Shown piece after piece: positions 62,056 through 64,000 of a stretch of DNA of 64,000 nt. This stretch comes from Somniosus microcephalus (lineage: Eukaryota): NCBI GenBank assembly GCA_052327205.1, contig CM126222.1:55924001-55988000 (forward strand), written 5' to 3'. The notes under the pieces are model-generated. The model saw nothing but the letters and a program-made list of their open reading frames with translations. It was not told the DNA's origin and did no database searches. Each line of letters starts with the position of its first letter. Position 1 is the first letter of the stretch. The translations under genes were made by a program, and so were the position numbers.

Positions 62056-63703
62056 ACATCATCTTCTTAGGCAGTCCCTCGGAACCGAGGATGACTTGCT
62101 TCCACATTAAAAATGAGTTCGCAGGTGACTGATGAGTCCAATGCGGGACCTACAGTCTCTGTCACAGGTGGGGCAGATGGTGGTTGAAGGGGCGGGTGGG
62201 TGGGGTGCTTGGGTTGACGTGCGCTCCTTGCGCTGCCTGCGCTTGGCTTCCGCTTGCTCCCGGCGAAGAGACTCGAGGTGTTCGGCGCCTTCCCGGATGC
62301 TTCTCCTCCACTTTGTGCGGTCTTGGGCCAGGGATTCCCAGGTGTCGGTGGGGATGTTACACTTTTTCAAGGAGGCTTTGAGGGTGTCCTTGAAGCGTTT
62401 CCTCTGCCCATCTGGGGCTCTCTTGCCGTGCTGGAGCTCCAAGTAGAGCGCTTGTTTTGGGAGTCTCGTATCAGGCATGCGGACAATGTGACCCGTCCAT
62501 CGGAGCTGATTGAGCGTGGTCAAAGCTTCGATGCTGGGGATGTTGGCCTGAGCAAGAACACTGACGTTGGTGCACCTATCCTGCCAATGGATTTGCAGGA
62601 TCTTGCAGAGGCAGCATTGGTTGTACCTCTGGTGCTTTGAGGTGCCTGCTGTACATGGTCCATGTCTCTGAGGCATACAGCAGGGCAGGTATCACTGCTG
62701 CTCTGTAGATCATGAGCTTAGTGCCGGGTTTGAGGTCCTGGTCTTCAAACACTCTCTTCCTCAGGCGACCGAAGGCTGCACTGGCACACTGAAGGTGGTG
62801 TTGGACTTTGTCGTCGATGTCTGCCCTTGTTGACAGTAGGCTCCCGAGGTATGGAAAATGGTCCACATTGTCCAAGGCCTTGTTGTGGATTTTGATAATC
62901 GGGGGGCAGTACTGTGTGGCGGGGGCAGGTTGGTAGAGGACGGATGTTTAGTGTAAGGCCCATGCTCTCGTACGCTTCGGTGAAGGTGTTGATGATGGTT
63001 TGGAGTTTGACCTCCGAGTGAGCGTAGACGCAAGCGTTGTCTGCATACTGTAATTCGACGACAGAGGATGGGACGACCTTGGATCTGGACTGGAGGCGAT
63101 GGAGGTTGAACAGTTTCCTGTTTGTTCTGTAAATTAGCTCCACTCCAGTGGGGAGCTTACTGAGGGTGAGATGGAGCATTGCAGCAAGGAAGATCGAGAA
63201 GAGCGTTGGTGCGATGACACAGCCTTGCTTGACCCCGGTTCGTACGTGAATTGGGTCTGTGGTGGAACCATTGGTCAGGATCACGGCTTGCATGTTGTCA
63301 TGAAGCAGGCGGGAGGATAGTAACAAACTTTTGAGGGCAGCTGAATTTGAGGAGGACACTCCATAATCCCTCACAGTTGACAGTGTCGAAGGCCTTTGTG
63401 AGATCAAAGAAGGCCATGTACAGCAGTTGGTGCTGTTCCCTGCATTTCACCTGTAATTGATGTGCGGTGAAGATCATGTCCATTGTGCCCCTTAGTGGGC
63501 AGAATCTGCATTGCGACTCTGGGAGGAGCTCTTCGGCCACTGGGAGAAGGTGATTGCGGAGGATTCTTGCGATGACTTTCCCTGTGGCAGACAGCAGGGA
63601 AAGTCCTCTGTAATTACCGCAATCGGACTTGTCACCTTTCTTGAAGATGGTCACAATTACGGCGTCTCTGAGATCCCCTGGCATGCTCGCCTCCTTCCAG
63701 ATA
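62056..63703 (-). mobile_element. 5'-truncated RTE-clade (BovB/AviRTE-like) LINE nested in family B
   Basis: NYRGLSLL, FDLTKAFDTV, GVKQGCVIAP, YADN, QLRWTGHIVRMPDTRLPK, C-terminal CPTC...HLRTH finger; 4-bp AGAA duplication at 62052-62055 and 63704-63707. Confidence 0.9.
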
Positions 63704-63930
63704 AGAATACCTGGCCTCTGACCTGCTCTTGTAGCCACAGTATTTATGTAGCTGGTCCAGTTAAGTTTCTGGTCAATGGTGATCCCCAGGATGTTGATGG
63801 TGGGGGATTCGGCGATGGTAATGCCATTGAATGCCAAGGGGAGGTGGTTAGACTCTCGCTTGTAGGAGATAGTTATTGCCTGGCGCTTCTGTGGCACAAA
63901 TATTACCTGCCACTTATCAGCCCAAGGCTG
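63704..63930 (-). mobile_element. LINE family B upstream segment
   Basis: WADKWQVIF...INILGITIDQKLNWTSYINTVATRAGQR, matching 25240-25460. Confidence 0.88.
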
Positions 63931-64000
63931 AACATCCACTTCCACTAGTCACCCTCTAGAACCTCATCCAATGGTCATTATTCATGTGCGAATCTTAACA

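Noticed and set aside
63298-63945. 215-aa RT ORF
   Set aside because: Chance in-frame fusion of family-B LINE and RTE at the insertion junction
1-64000. Prokaryotic systems (CRISPR arrays, retrons, operons) and tRNA/rRNA genes
   Set aside because: No spaced repeat arrays; all RTs are non-LTR retrotransposon type; tRNA-like boxes belong to SINE heads

Overview
Eukaryotic vertebrate DNA, inferred to be from a cartilaginous fish (shark-like) because of its CR1/L2 LINEs, Deu-domain SINEs and Penelope-type hammerhead repeats. One host gene is well supported: a five-exon CBX4 (Polycomb Pc2) on the minus strand (CDS 47256->41334, 544 aa), with every splice junction GT-AG and in frame. Bases 1-29 kb are dense with transposons: nested CR1 LINEs including a full-length copy with an intact zinc-finger/SGNH-esterase ORF1, a very young 5'-truncated CR1 with an open 869-aa ORF2, L2 and L1 relics, Harbinger transposase and Myb relics, MITEs and DeuSINEs. 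Bases ~30-60 kb form a CpG-retaining domain around CBX4 that is poor in young TEs and holds enhancer-like blocks. The right end is an RTE LINE nested in another LINE. No tRNA, rRNA or CRISPR was seen. I found no clear-cut new system. The best leads are the repeated, promoter-containing 5' UTR of the full-length CR1, palindromic hammerhead-bearing elements, and a possible insertion hotspot inside one LINE family. All family names come from motif recognition, not database searches.
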